In this document: positions 10,593 to 23,027 of the stretch, one piece after another
Position numbering within the stretch: the first letter of the stretch is position 1
Layout: each line of letters starts with the position of its first letter
From: Balamuthia mandrillaris
Lineage: Eukaryota
DNA: 52,661 bases
Reading direction: 5' to 3'
Assembly (NCBI GenBank): GCA_031835245.2
Contig: JAVKOQ020000098.1
Span: forward strand, 124,001-176,661
Notes under the pieces: model-generated
Told to the model about the DNA's origin: nothing
The model's input: only the letters and a program-made list of their open reading frames with translations
Database searches by the model: none
Translations under genes and position numbers: made by a program

Positions 10593-13500
10593 CTAGTGAT
10601 TTCTAGTACTGGCCCCTTGCAATTGCTTCAATAGGGCGGTCGCAATGGCTGAAGCGTTAACTGGCGCTATCTGGTCTATTCGATGTGCTGGTTTCCCATG
10701 CTCGTCAGGGTATTGAGACATGGTGCACAGGAATTCTTGCCCAATAACTTCGTCCAACCTTCCCTTTTGCTCGCTGCGAGGAAGCCCCTCAAATGTGTGT
10801 GGCGCCACTTGAATCATGTCAACTTGCACAGACGGCATTGCTGACGCAAGTACCGAACCGGTACCGTCGTCCAGGCTATTTAAGGCCAAGTGAGTAGTGG
10901 GCATTCATGTGCCAACAAGAAGCAAGAGAACCGATAGTGTACCGCCACTGCACATTGAACACTTTTTTCAAGTCATCTCCACTCTCAATCTGAACGGCAC
11001 AAAAATCACAACAGAATTCGCTGGAGTAACCTTCTTGCTGGCGTACTTCCCGCAGGCACGTTGTATCTGCCTCCCGTTTCGCACAGAGAGAGAGAGAGAG
11101 AGAGAGAGAGCTAGGAAGATTAGGAGGAGGCATCAAGGTCACAACAAGGGAGGATTGGTAGGTAAGTAATACGAACGAACGGTTTGAAGGAGGCCGCGTT
11201 CCGAAGATGGTAAATGCCAACCAACGACAGCGGCACGACACACATAGTTTTTGATATGACGGGCGTCGCGCAGAACAGTGATATCCAAAAAGTCAGACGA
11301 GGCTAACGTGCCTTTGAGCATGCTCACTACAAAAACAATTAAAGAAGTTAAAAGGAAAGGACCGTCCTTTCCTTGGTCACTAAAGATGTGATACATGATG
11401 AAGATAGCAAAAATAGAAAGTGTACCGTTGTAGCATCGTCCTTTTTGGGCTGCTGCACATAGCAGATAAAACTTCCCCTTGGCCTCTTTGCGAGGAGACG
11501 AGGTTACATTCTCCATCAGGACAAGGTGGCCTGGCCGTGACACACTGAAAGCGCGCCCAACGCTGCCCCACAGTGTTACGTCTTGGTGTGCTCCAGTGCT
11601 ATCCTGAATACGGACCGCAAATCTGTCGGTTCGTGGTGTGGCAGCAGTGGAACCTCTCCGGGCATCCCGTTCATGCTGGTGCCCGCCACTGTTCAAGAGC
11701 GGTTGGTTTGGCCTCATCATTTGTACTCGCCCATACAGAGTTAGGTACGTCATGTTTGGTTTTATGTGCCTTAACAGGATACGTTCCGGGTAGTGGCTGT
11801 AGTCTAAATGGCCCTGTTAGTACCAGGTCGTTAGAACGTGCTCTATTAAATATTCTTAAAGCCGCAAAAGGCAAACTCACATTTTCATCTCGTGGCACAG
11901 AGTAGGTTTGATGGCTGCTCTCTACCGAAGATGAGCCTACCACTTCCTAAAAGCAGATGTGGTCAAACAAACAAACAAACAAACAAACAAACAAACAAAC
12001 AAACAACAAACACACAAAAAAACAAACACACACACACCGCTCACTCACTCACTCACTTGTGGAGGGCTTGAAGGCAGAACATAAATAATGGCTGGAGGAA
12101 GTTTTTGCAATTAAAGAGCAGTTAGGCATTACAACCACAGCAGCAAATACAGAGGACGTATGTAGGTACTTTTTGGACCATACTCCATCCGGTGGTGTTT
12201 CTGCCAATGCGGAGCAACAGGGGAAAAAATGGCTAGCTGGTCATGCTTCATAAGCATTGAAGTTGAATGGTGGTTGTTAGAGCGCAACTTTGCGACAAAT
12301 AGTAACGTAGAACTGCAGCGTACTTTCTTAAATAGGGAAGCCATATTAACTTGGTCATCCCAGAGCACCAGCGTAGCCACGAACGGAGCAGGTACAAAAG
12401 AACCGTGCGAAAGAGTAGTGGCACGTGCGTCTCTGATCGTGACGTCTACCTCTAGGTGGTGGCCGTATGCTTGCGTTCGTACTGACTGAATGCACTCCAC
12501 CTTTGGTGTTTACAGAAACAGAACCTTGCTGTTAAAATTCTAATAGCAAGAACAAAGAATTTGACGCACCTTGACCCACAAACGGTAATCATGAGAGGCA
12601 CGAAAAGGAGTCAGATCTTGAAGCTTGTCAGTGAAATGGTTCAAAACCCAATCCTCATCCTCCGCATTGAGCAGGATGACACTGTAATCGGTCGGTAACA
12701 GGCGCATGCTTTGGGCGGTACACACCGTTCTACAGCCAGTGAGCCGAAGCTTGCGTTTCTATGCATAAAATAATAGTAAGCATTTGTTAAGACGATAAGG
12801 ATGTCGTACAATGTAGTGCACCTCGGTTAAAAGGGAACCAGGAGCACTGGCCAGCGAGTACAGCTTTTGAGGCATATACCTACATAGGTATACGGAAGTA
12901 ATAAGCTACACCGAAGAATACAAGAAGGTTAACCCACCATTCTATAGTTTTTTTGCTACGCTCGTCTTTCAATGATAGCAGGACTTCATTTACAACAAGC
13001 AAAGCCCCAGGCCACATAGAATCCAAACAGAGAGCAGAGAGACATCAGGTGAAATGTTAAACACAAAAATCAGCCATTCATTAACTTGATCATTATAGGA
13101 GAGAGGAAAGCCTGTTTACATATTTGCGTGTGGGGCACCCGTTGTATGGTCGCTATGCTGACCTCCAGTATAGCAGCCAGCGGCAGCGTCTTTGTGCACC
13201 ATAACCGGTCAATGCTCTCCAGTTCTGTATATTGGGGCTCCTTCGGTTACAAATAGAATAGATACAGCACAAAGAAGCACAGAGAAGAGAAGAGAACGAC
13301 CAGAAGAGAGAAAAAAGAAGAAAGAAAGAAAGAGAAGAAGAGAAGAAAAGAAGAGAAAGAAGAAGAAGAGAAGAGAAGAGAAAGAAGAGAAGAGAAGAAG
13401 AGAAGAGAAGAGAAGAGAAGAAAGAAAGAGAAGACAAGAGAAGAGAAGGAAGAGAACGACCAGAGAAGAGAAGAGAAGAAGAGAACGACCAAAGAAGAGA

Positions 13501-14332
13501 AGAGAAGAGAAGAGAACGACCAAGAGAAGAGAAGAGAAGAGAAGAGAAGAGAAGAGAAGAGAAGAGAAGAGAACGACCAAGAGAAGAGAAGAGAAGAGAA
13601 GAGAACGACCAAGAGAAGAGAAGAGAACGACCAAGAGAAAAAAAAAAGAGAAAGAGAAGAGAAGAGGAAAGTGGAGAACGCCCTAGAGAAGGCGAGATGA
13701 AACGAACGACCAAGAAGATCGATCAAGGCAAGACAAGAGAGGACGTACTTCCAGATAGGCCATGTTGCCATTCAGAACTGCACTCGTCCCACTAAAATGC
13801 ATGCATTGGTAACAGTTCACAGGTGAGCGAAAGAACAGTAAAACCACCAAACGGAAGCAAACGAAAGACAGCAACAGGAACGAACCAGCGCCTGCAGCTC
13901 CGACAATAGAATAGCTCCTACAATACGTTGTGAGAGGGAGGAAGGGAGTATCAGAGGCGCGGAGAAGAGTAGTGGATAGGGAGAGAGATGGTGAGCAAGT
14001 AGGTACGGGTGATGCCTCCGGGGTACTTGGCTAACAATGTCACTACATGCAATGCTACCCAGTTCCTTTGTTGTTCAGCAGCAGTTAGTCGGGTACAATA
14101 CGTTTGGGACAACCCTTCCATCCATAGGGTCGCCATTGATTGGTGGAGAGGAAAAAAAAGAAGAGGGGTACTACCAGGGTACATGCTCACGCTGCAACAG
14201 GGCAGAACTGAAGGGCGTGCTGCTTCCTTCTGTCTCGATGTCAGAAGGGAGAGGACGCAGCCGCGACACCACCCACCCCGTTACCTTCTCTAGCAACGTT
14301 TCCTCGACTGCTCTTCCCACCTCCTCCGTCAT
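10593..14332 (-). CDS. Cdc24-type multi-OB-fold nucleic-acid-binding protein (multi-exon; 5' end uncertain)
   Basis: Exon translations RLLPTDYSVILL, LVLWDDQVNMASLF, MEYGPKST, LTLYGRV and AVRIQDSTGAHQDVTLWG resemble the plant/fission-yeast CDC24_OB family as recalled. Many small GT-AG introns. Confidence 0.65.
13280..13720. repeat. Intronic polypurine (GAAGA)n tract punctuated by ACGACC units
   Basis: About 440 bp of AGAAG repeats with recurring GAACGACCA, inside an intron of the minus-strand OB gene. Confidence 0.9.
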
Positions 14333-14542
14333 CGCGATAAAACAGCGATGCTGGCCTCCTCCCCTCACTGGATGGGGTAAGGTAACCTGGCTAGCCTTTT
14401 TCTCTAACCCCTTTGAGCTATTATTCAGGGGCACCACCACACAGCACTCCCCGCTCTCCCGCCGCCTCCCCTCTCCTTGTCTCTCTGAAAGTTTCCTTCC
14501 TGGAAAAATTTCGCCAGCGGGTTTTTTGGACCCCCTCAGAGG

Positions 14543-14660
14543 ACCCTCAGAGGCTTTTACTCTTCATCATCATCATCATCAGTATTGATAGCAACAAAGT
14601 AACAGATAGATTACCCTCAGAGGCTTTTACTCTTCATCATCATCATCAGTATTGATAGCA
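14543..14660. repeat. Near-tandem direct duplication (~50 bp x2)
   Basis: ACCCTCAGAGGCTTTTACTCTT(CAT)nCAGTATTGATAGCA at 14543-14593 and 14613-14660, differing by one CAT unit. Confidence 0.9.
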
Positions 14661-14972
14661 TCCGTTACTGTTAAGTTGCTCTTCATCATCAAAGCAGATC
14701 TGGAGTTCTTGCGGTGTTTCCTGGGCATATCTCGAGGAAAGCACCAAGGAGCACAGGTCCTTGGTCCTGCAGTTACGTAGCCTTAGGAGCACTTGGGAAG
14801 GAAGCACGGGCAGAGCAAGTAACTCTCTCTCCAACTGGAGAGCAAAGTCACCCCAGAATACCAGCTCAATCTGGTTTTTTTGTTGTAGTTGCAGGAATGA
14901 AGGATGACTGGCCTCATCTTCGTCCTCAGCACCAGCAGCGACCAGTTTTTTTGTCTTTAGGTCTTTTATCAA
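14646..14972 (-). CDS. Putative OB-fold-like exon/ORF of unresolved gene assignment
   Basis: LIKDLK...IELVFWGDFALQLE...LPVLPSQVLLRLRNCRT resembles POT1/RPA-type OB strands. There is no in-frame ATG, so splicing is required. Confidence 0.35.
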   Translation of the reverse strand: MIKDLKTKKLVAAGAEDEDEASHPSFLQLQQKNQIELVFWGDFALQLERELLALPVLPSQVLLRLRNCRTKDLCSLVLSSRYAQETPQELQICFDDEEQLNSNGCYQY

Positions 14973-15059
14973 GGCAGGCCTTTATGTGCATATGGGCCGC
15001 ATCATCAACATCACCATCACCCTGTCGTTCATCACCCAACATCATCATTTTGCGTCACA

Positions 15060-18000
15060 TTATGTATTGGTGGTGGAAGAAGAGGTGACACTTGCATAGC
15101 GAGTAACGTTTTTAGTGGCGCCAGAGCCACCCAGCAGCTTGGCTATGTCTCCGAATACGGAGGTGCGAACACCGTCCGGCCGCTCAGAGGCGCCACAGCG
15201 TGCTCGTCTCTCGGCCATCTGGAGAGCGGTCTCTCCGGCCATATCTTGGGTCTTGAGCGATGCACCGGCTTCTAACAAGCGCAGCACCGCCGTTCGGTGT
15301 CCATTAATAACAGCCCAGTGCAGCGGTGTGCGCTCCCATTGATCTCTCCATTCCAATCCATCAGGGATACCGCTGCCGTCGCTTTGGTTCTGTTGCTTTT
15401 TTTTGTTACGATGGGAAGAAGAGGTGGATTGACGAAGCAGAGTGCAGTGCTTCAACAGGGCTTCAAGAAGTTTGCCAGGAGCACCTGCCCTCGCCGCATG
15501 GTGCAGCACCGTTTGCTGGTTGTGATCCTTGGCCAGCAGCGGCGACCCTGCCTTCAACAGAGTTTCCACAAGTTGCACGGGACCCTTCTGGGCGGCAAGG
15601 TGAATGGGCAACACCCCGTGCTGATCGGGCAGGCTCCATGAGGCACCCCGTTGCAGCAAGAGCTTCGCCATTCGTAATTGTTGATTAGCACAAGCGCTGT
15701 GAAGGGGCGTTAGATGGCGACTGCTACTGCTGTTGGTGCAAGTTGGAGTGGTAGTAGAAGTTTTTGGTAATAGTTCCCCATTGGCATCCACGGAACCACT
15801 ATCCAGGATAAAGTTAACAAGCTGGGTGGCACCGGCTGCTGCTCCTCTGTACAATAAGGATACCAACTGATGCGGCCGTCGCTGCCAATCGAGCACGTTG
15901 TCGGGGCTGGCACTAACTCCAGTAGAAGAAGCATCAGAGCCGTTGCTCTCCCCGCCCTTGAGTCGGTCATTCCGACAGTTGGATACAGCAGCAGCAGGAG
16001 TGAGGGCACGAAGCAGGTACAGCGCATAGTCGCTAAGTTTGGGTCGTTTCAACAATTCAGCAGGGGAGAGTGGTCCTAGCAACTCTCCAAACAGGCCTTG
16101 TTGTTCTTCTTCTCTAGTCTCGTTTTCTGCTGCTTTCTGCTGCTGTTGCTGAAAGCTGTGAGCCAACTGCCTGCAAACACGAAGGGCAGCAAGGGAGTCG
16201 CCACCCAGCTCCTGGAAATGGGAAGATGAATGAAGGAAGTTATAGGGCAAGCCGAGCTCTTCCGCCCATACCTCCCCTATCTTTTGTTCAAGCGGTGTCA
16301 ACGGGTGAGAAGAGGTAGCAGAACCTACTGCCACTTCAGTGTTTGGATTGTTGTACGGCATGTCCTCAAGCGCTGAATAGGCAGAAGGGGTAGCTGGCAG
16401 CGGCCTCTTTGAAAGAGCGGTTCTTGCCACTTTGCCAGTTGGGGAAACAGGCAGTTCATCTAAGAAGCAGAACCGGGCAGGCACCATGTGTCTTGGTAAA
16501 TGGTGTTCACAAATCCACCGTAGCAACTCTGCCAGTAGAAGCTGATGTTGGTCTGTGGCATTTATGCTATCGTTAGGGCCGTCTCTGTTTGATTCAACTT
16601 CCTTTGGCTTCTTCTTTTTCTTCTTCTTTGAAGGAACGGACTGCTCTGCCGCCACCTCTTCCTTTCCCTGCTCATCCACATCATCATCTTCATCGGGAGG
16701 GTTACAGCTAGGTGGTGAGGGCACACACCAAGCAACCAGTTGCTTGGTGCCGAACTGTGATCGAGTGAGCACCACTGCCACAGCTTGCACAAGAGATGGA
16801 GAAGCCACAGAGAGCAGCACTTCCTCTATCTCCCCCAACTCCACTCTCTGACCAGCTAACTTGACTTGAGCGTCATATCGACCGAGAAGCCGCCAGCCTC
16901 CCTCTGGTAGCGCTATGGCAATGTCACCTGTACGGAAGCACTTACCGTACAGAGGGTGCTCCAAGAAGCGCTGCTGGGTAAGCTCTGGCCGGTTAAGATA
17001 ACCTTGCCCTACTTGCAGCCCTCCTATCCATAACTCTCCTTGCTGGCCACTCCTCTCTGGTACCAACGAAGACAAACCCTTGGGTTCATTCTTCCCGCCT
17101 TCTTTCGCCTTCTCTTCTTCCTCCTGCAAGCTCATCAGGAATAAGGTTGTACCACGGAGGGGACGGGTGAGGGTTCTGCCGTCCATTGAAGCAGAAGATA
17201 GAACTGCAAAGGCCTGATAGACACAGCACTCCGTTACACCGTAGGTATTGAGCAGCATGACATGAGGTGCCCACCGCTGCACCATGCGAGAGGGCATGGG
17301 CTCACCACCAAGGGCCACCACTTGCAGCCACGGTAACTGTGCCGGTCCATATTCCAGTGCAGTATCACCCCGGCCATCACCAGAAGCAGTACGTTGGCGC
17401 AAGGTCCGGAAGAGGGACGGAGTGGTCTGTACATGGGAGGCACGAGTGGTGGCGAGGCAGCCTCCCAAACAAGTAAATATGAGGGAGCGTGGGGCCAGCG
17501 CCAACGTCCCTCCTTCCCACCACGTTGCAAAAAAGTCACCAAGCGATGGATCAAATGTGTGCGGCGATGCCACGAAGCATACGCTCTCTTGTGTCACTTG
17601 GTGGGCCTCGTTCTTTGCTGCACAGTAGACGGCCAATGCCCGCCTGCTTATGATGCAGCCTTTAGGCCTACCCGTGCTTCCTGATGTGAATACAATGTGA
17701 GACAACATGTTGGCCTCTTCGTCCGTTTCCTCTTCCGCTCTTTCTGCGCCCGTTGATGTTGCTGCAGCTTCCTCTTCCGCCTCCCCTTCGCCAGAGGCAT
17801 AGCCAGCAAGCAGAGCCTCAATAGAAAGCACCCTATAGGGCGGCAGAGAAGCAACCCTTCCTTGCTTGCTCTCTCTCGGCGCCTCCGCTGGTTGCACTTC
17901 ATTGCCGATAGTATGAGATAGAGGCACTGTAGCCGCAGCAGACTGCTCCAGGAAGGCCAACACCTTGGCCGAGTGCTCCTCATCTTTGGTAAGGATGGCG

Positions 18001-18577
18001 GTGGGGTTGACGTCTTGCAGGACGAAGGGGAGGCGAGGATCGCTTCCATCCAATGGTACTATTACCATTTTGGCAAGCAGTATGGCCAGCTCCGTCACTG
18101 GCAGCATGGGTCCCTCCTCCAGCAGCACCACCACTTTGCCCTGTTCTTCCTCCTCTTCTTGCTCCACCCACACCACAAAGGCAGAGGTTAGACCGAGCTA
18201 CCACCAACCCAAAACAAAAATGGATCACAATAACGGTATTAAGAGCAGGTTCGCTTACTTGTTGTCCTTTGCGTTTCCTTGGTGCTCTTCTTGCTGCTGC
18301 TGCTACCGGAAGCGGTGTGGTGTTGGTGAAGGTTTTGTAGTGCGGAGGCAATGCGGTGAGCCTTGCCCCATACCTTCCCATAGGACCACACCTCCACCAC
18401 TTCCTTCTCCTGTTGGTGCTGATGGGGCAAGCAGGGAAGCCAACGCAGTGCCGCCGCCCTTGGCTGACGCTCCACCACTGCCTTAATCCTCCTCACCACC
18501 GACCATGTCTCTTCCTTTGTCTGCTCCTTTCCTTGTTCGCGCTCTTCTCCTCCCACACTCCGGTGTCTTTCGTTCAT
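15060..18577 (-). CDS. NRPS-like adenylation-thiolation-ankyrin repeat protein (probably 2 exons)
   Basis: A-domain motifs FTSGSTGRPKG, TFDPS, LGGE, NTYGVTE, GELWIGG..VGQGYLNRPELT, FRTGD, QVKLAGQRVELGEIE, LPRHMVP, PTGKV. Carrier motif FQELGGDSL. Ankyrin motifs LTPLHSAC, VLPIHLAA, QTVLHHAA, RTPLHWAV, ETALQMA. First exon 18577 to about 18258 supplies the A1 region (WSYGKVWGKAHRIA). Confidence 0.88.
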
Positions 18578-18621
18578 TTTTTTTTCTTTACTTTTCTCTT
18601 TCTATTTTCTTCCTTTCTAAT

Positions 18622-18663
<42 letters not shown>

Positions 18664-18775
18664 CCTCACCCTTCTCTCTAACTTCATATCGAAAGAGGCG
18701 GCAGCGATGGGCCAAGAAACAAAAAAAAAGGAGGATGAAGAACGTTTTTGTGAAGCCGGTGAGGATAGACAGGTT

Positions 18776-20167
18776 TTAGAGGTCAAGGAGCAACCTGCGG
18801 GGGTCCTCCACGCAGTGTTTGATGGTGCGAAGGAAGGTGACGGCTTCCTTGCCGTCGATCAGCCTGTGGTCGTAGGTAAGGGCCAAGTACATGATGGGGC
18901 GGATCTTTACTTCATTTCCAATGGCTACGGGCTTGTTGTTGATGGCGTGCATTCCCAAAATGGCAGATTGCGGGGGGTTGATGATCGGTGTTCCCATCAA
19001 TGATCCATACTACACTCATTCATTTCATTCATCGAAATGAGTTTAACCAACAACAATGAAGAAGAAAACTCACAACACTCGTAAAAACAAGCAAAAAGTA
19101 AAATAAAAGATGGTGAAAGCAAAGATAGCAAGTACGAACCACTCCACCGTTAGAGATGGTGAAGGTGCCGCCAGCCATGTCCTCAATGGTAATCTGGTCG
19201 TTACGAGCCTTGGTGCCCAGGTGAGCGATATTCTTTTCCACGTCAGCAAACGACATCTTATCGCACCCACGCAAGACAGGCACAACCAATCCCTTGGGAG
19301 TGGCTACTGCCACGCTGATATCAATAAAGTCTCGGTACACAATGTCCTGACCATCGATTACTGTATGGAGAATTGAAAATGTTATCAGCAATGAGAGAAA
19401 ACGAGCAGTTAAGGGAGAACGGACAGGAAAAAATAGTAGAGCGAGGAAGACGAGGGAGGATGTGAACCTGCATTAACAACGGGTTGATCCTGCAAAGCAC
19501 GGACTGCAGCTTTAACAAAGGCAGACATAAAGCCCAGTTTCACGCCGTGCTTCTTCTGGAACTCTTCCTTGAACTCTTCTCTCATTTGCATGAGGTTGTA
19601 CATATCACATTCCTTAGAAAAAACAATTTAAGAAATTGCATAACAAAGTCGTTATAGTAGAAAATGTAGGAAACACGGGTAGGATGAGAAAGCTACCTGG
19701 AAGGTGGTAAGCATGGCGTATGTGTTTTGGGAACTCTTCAAGCGATCCGCCACTCTGCTCCTAAGTCTGCTCATTTTAACCTGCAAATAAGAGCTTGGTT
19801 AGAACGCTGCTGTACTACAAGCTGACTAGGGGTTTGACGTGCCCTGCGCTCCCCGCCAGTAGGTCCCGTTGAGGGTGGAGGTGGAGGTGTAGTCTGCTTT
19901 GGCTCTGGGGCTGCAGGCTTAGCAGCTGGAGGAGGAGCCTGTTGTTGTTTTGGTGGTTCCTGTTGTTGCGGTTGCTGCTTTTGAGGGGAAGAGGAAGGCT
20001 TCTCTTTGGCGGGCTCACTGGCTTTAGGAGCAGCTTGGGGCTCACCCTCGCCGACGGCAATTTTGAACAACTCAGCACCAACCTACCGAACAGCAGTCAG
20101 CAAAAGGGAAAGGGTGCATTATGGAATTAGAGAAAGTTTGTTGGGTGAGTTAGAGAGAGAGAGAGAG

Positions 20168-20211
<44 letters not shown>

Positions 20212-20893
20212 ACAGGAAAAAGCTCACAACTTGAACGACTGGAAGGAGATGAAACGAAAAGGGAAAAAGAAGTACGTACAGCTACAGTGTCACCTTCTTG
20301 ATGAAGCACCTCTTTGATGGTACCCGCGTGGCTCGCCCTGATTTCAACGCTAACTTTGTCGGTCTCAACAAGGCATACAATGTCGTCCACGTTCACGTAG
20401 TCTCCCTCCTCTGTTAAGAGCAGTGGCAACGCTCGGTGTTAAATAGGCCCTTGAGGTGAAACCAAAAACAGAATTACAGCAAAAGCCAACATACTCTTTA
20501 CCCACTCCTTGACCTCGCCCTCCGTGATGGAGTCACCCATGCCAGGTACCATTTGCGTCTTTATCTCCCCTGCTCGTTGTAGTGGTAAAGTTCAAAGTAA
20601 GTGAGCGCTTTTGTTGCACTGCAGGCCGAAAGAGGAAGTGAAGAGGCCAACATACCAGTGGAGTAACCTCTCCTTTGGGAGAACAACCCATTATTGCGCT
20701 GTGCCGCGGTCATGCCACCAAAGCGCAGACCCCCGCCAGTGGCGGCAACGCAAGGTCTCCACAAAGAGGAGGAGCACAGCGTAGTGGGTCTTGCCACGGC
20801 GGAGGTGGAGGCAAAAGAGCGGGACAAGTGGCGCGTGTTGGCACCAGAGAACAACGTGGTACGAGAAACAAAGTTGCAACTAGTTCTTTTCAT
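18776..20893 (-). CDS. DLST: Mitochondrial dihydrolipoamide succinyltransferase (2-oxoglutarate dehydrogenase E2)
   Basis: Arg/Ser-rich transit peptide, lipoyl motif [63 protein letters not shown]. Confidence 0.96.
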
Positions 20894-21412
20894 GGTTACG
20901 CAAGTCTAACTAACGAGCAAAGAGCCCTTTTACTTCTTCTTGTTCTTCTTCCCTCTTTTCTGTTTGGGCTTGTCTGGGTTTGCGGGAAGGGGAAGGGGAA
21001 GAAGGGGCGGAAAAAAAAGCGGAGGAGCCACACAACCGGACTAGCCGCTGGCTGCCTGGCTGCAGGGAATGCCTCGAAGATTGAGCAGCGGTGCTGCAGG
21101 GGCTGACCTCTAAAGAATGAAATCTCGTGGCAAGGTATTGGCAAATTGGCGTGGTGTAAAATAAAGTGCGCCACAAAAACCGACCCTACTATTCCTCCCC
21201 CACCTGCATTTCCCCCTTTGGGCTTTGCTTGCACCAGAGAGAGAAAGGGGCTCTGTGGTGGTGGTCGTTGGTGGTGGTGGCGGTCAAGTAGCAACTCGCT
21301 GGGGTAAGAGCCTTTCCCACTGCACCGGAATTTGTTTGTTGCACAACCAACAACCGCCCTCACCATTTTGCGCAAACAGGGGGAAGAGAAAAGTAGTAGG
21401 CAGCACTCTACA

Positions 21413-23027
21413 ATGGAACTGAGCCAAGAAGTTACGCAGACTTTGAAGCAGTGGGTCGCTGCTGAGTCTTCCGCAGTGCGTTTTTTCAGTGTTAAAAAGA
21501 GTTACTTTTGCTGTTCGCTAATGACTAGGACCGTCGTCACTGGCACAACACCCACAGGGCCTCAAATATTACGTGGGAGTTGACATTGGTGGAACCAACA
21601 CTCGGCTTGCTCTGGCTCGCGCAGAGGACCACGACACCTTCCTCCAAGTCCTCAAAGTGAAGGCTGACGACACGAGGAAGCTCATCGCTTTCTTTGATAG
21701 CGTAAGTGACAGTATCAGAGATCTATTGGGGGTGGAGGCCTCTGGAGCTTGCTTGGCCGGTGCTGGTAGGATCTCTCCTGACGGTGAAGTGGTACGTATC
21801 ACAGCTTCTTCTGATCAGTTGCCTCGTGAAAATGATCGTTTGCAACTTTTTTTCGACCCCATGCCGCCTCTTCTGACCGCCTCTTCTGTTCTACCACATC
21901 CACTACCACTTTCAATGGCCACAAAACTGCTGCTGCTTGCAGCTGGACGTGACAAACTTCCACGGAGATGCCACACACCGCAGGCTGAAGCGGTCGGAGC
22001 TGCCAAGCTTCCTGTTCCCACCCACCAAAACGCACTTTATCAATGACTTGGAGGGAACCTGTTATGGCGTATCATCTATGAACGCCAGTGGTGCTTTGGA
22101 TCAATGCTTTAAACCATTATGGGGGCCTGCTTCTTCTGATAAGGTCACCCTGCAGCCTGATCACTGTATGCATTCCTTTTCTCCGTCTTTGTCTTGTTGC
22201 ATGAATATGGCAACTGTGGTTTGTTTGGGTCACAAGACCACGCCGCTAAACCAACTCTCTGTTGTTGCAGATCTGGTGTTGGCTGTAGGTACTGGGTTGG
22301 GTATAGCCACTCTCCTTTCGCTAAGGAGAAGTCCTGTCAGAGGTGGGTTTCAAGTAATGCCAATGGAGTTTGGTCATGTCGCCATTTCTCCAGTTGGCCC
22401 TGCTAATGCCGCCTACGCTGAGGAAACACGGTTGTTGGAGTATATCAGCGAAAAACTGTACATTGTTCCTCAACCATGTCTCACATAGGCACCGTTTGCC
22501 AACTTTTTAACCACCATTACTCTCACCAAAAGGTATAACAAAGAGCATGCAATTGAGTACGAGGACATTGTGAGTGGAAGAGGCCTTGCGATAACATACA
22601 AGTGGGTACTCGATGAAGCTAACGTACAAGATGAATCTCTGAGAAGCTTGGATGCTGGAAAGATCGCCAAGAATGCTACAAACAGTGAGGCTTGCCCGTA
22701 TGCCCATAAGGCAATGATGCTTCACTTCAAGTTCCTGATGCGTATTGCCAAGAACCTCTGCATTGGTTTGCAAGTGCGAGGTATGCTGCTTGCTGGAGAC
22801 AATCAGGTACCTCCCTTTCATTGTGTTCAAGTGGAAAATTGGAATAGGAATAACGTTCGTTGGGCTAGGTGAACAACAACTTATTCTTGGAGCAAAACTT
22901 GGAGTCCCTGCGGGCAGAATTCTTCGACCATCCAAAGAAAGCTTGGATTGAGGACATTGACCTGTTCACCCAAACCAAACCCGTCAATCTGAACCTACAT
23001 GGAGCCTTGTATGTTGCGCGGGGATAG
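21413..23027 (+). CDS. Bacterial-type (group A) glucokinase (multi-exon)
   Basis: VGVDIGGTNTR, CLAGAG, TN, FINDLEG, LAVGTGLG, PMEFGH, EYEDIVSGRGL and C-terminal LNLHGALY, as in protist glucokinases. Confidence 0.9.

Noticed and set aside
13153..13771. Long Leu/Ser/Phe-rich and Arg/Glu/Lys-rich ORFs on both strands
   Set aside because: Artefacts of translating the intronic (GAAGA)n tract.
14543..14660. Repeat-spacer-repeat resembling a mini CRISPR array
   Set aside because: Only two units, containing a CAT microsatellite; eukaryotic context and no cas genes.
15060..23027. Biosynthetic gene cluster around the NRPS-like gene
   Set aside because: Neighbours are housekeeping genes (DLST, glucokinase, OB protein); no PPTase, tailoring enzyme or transporter is seen.
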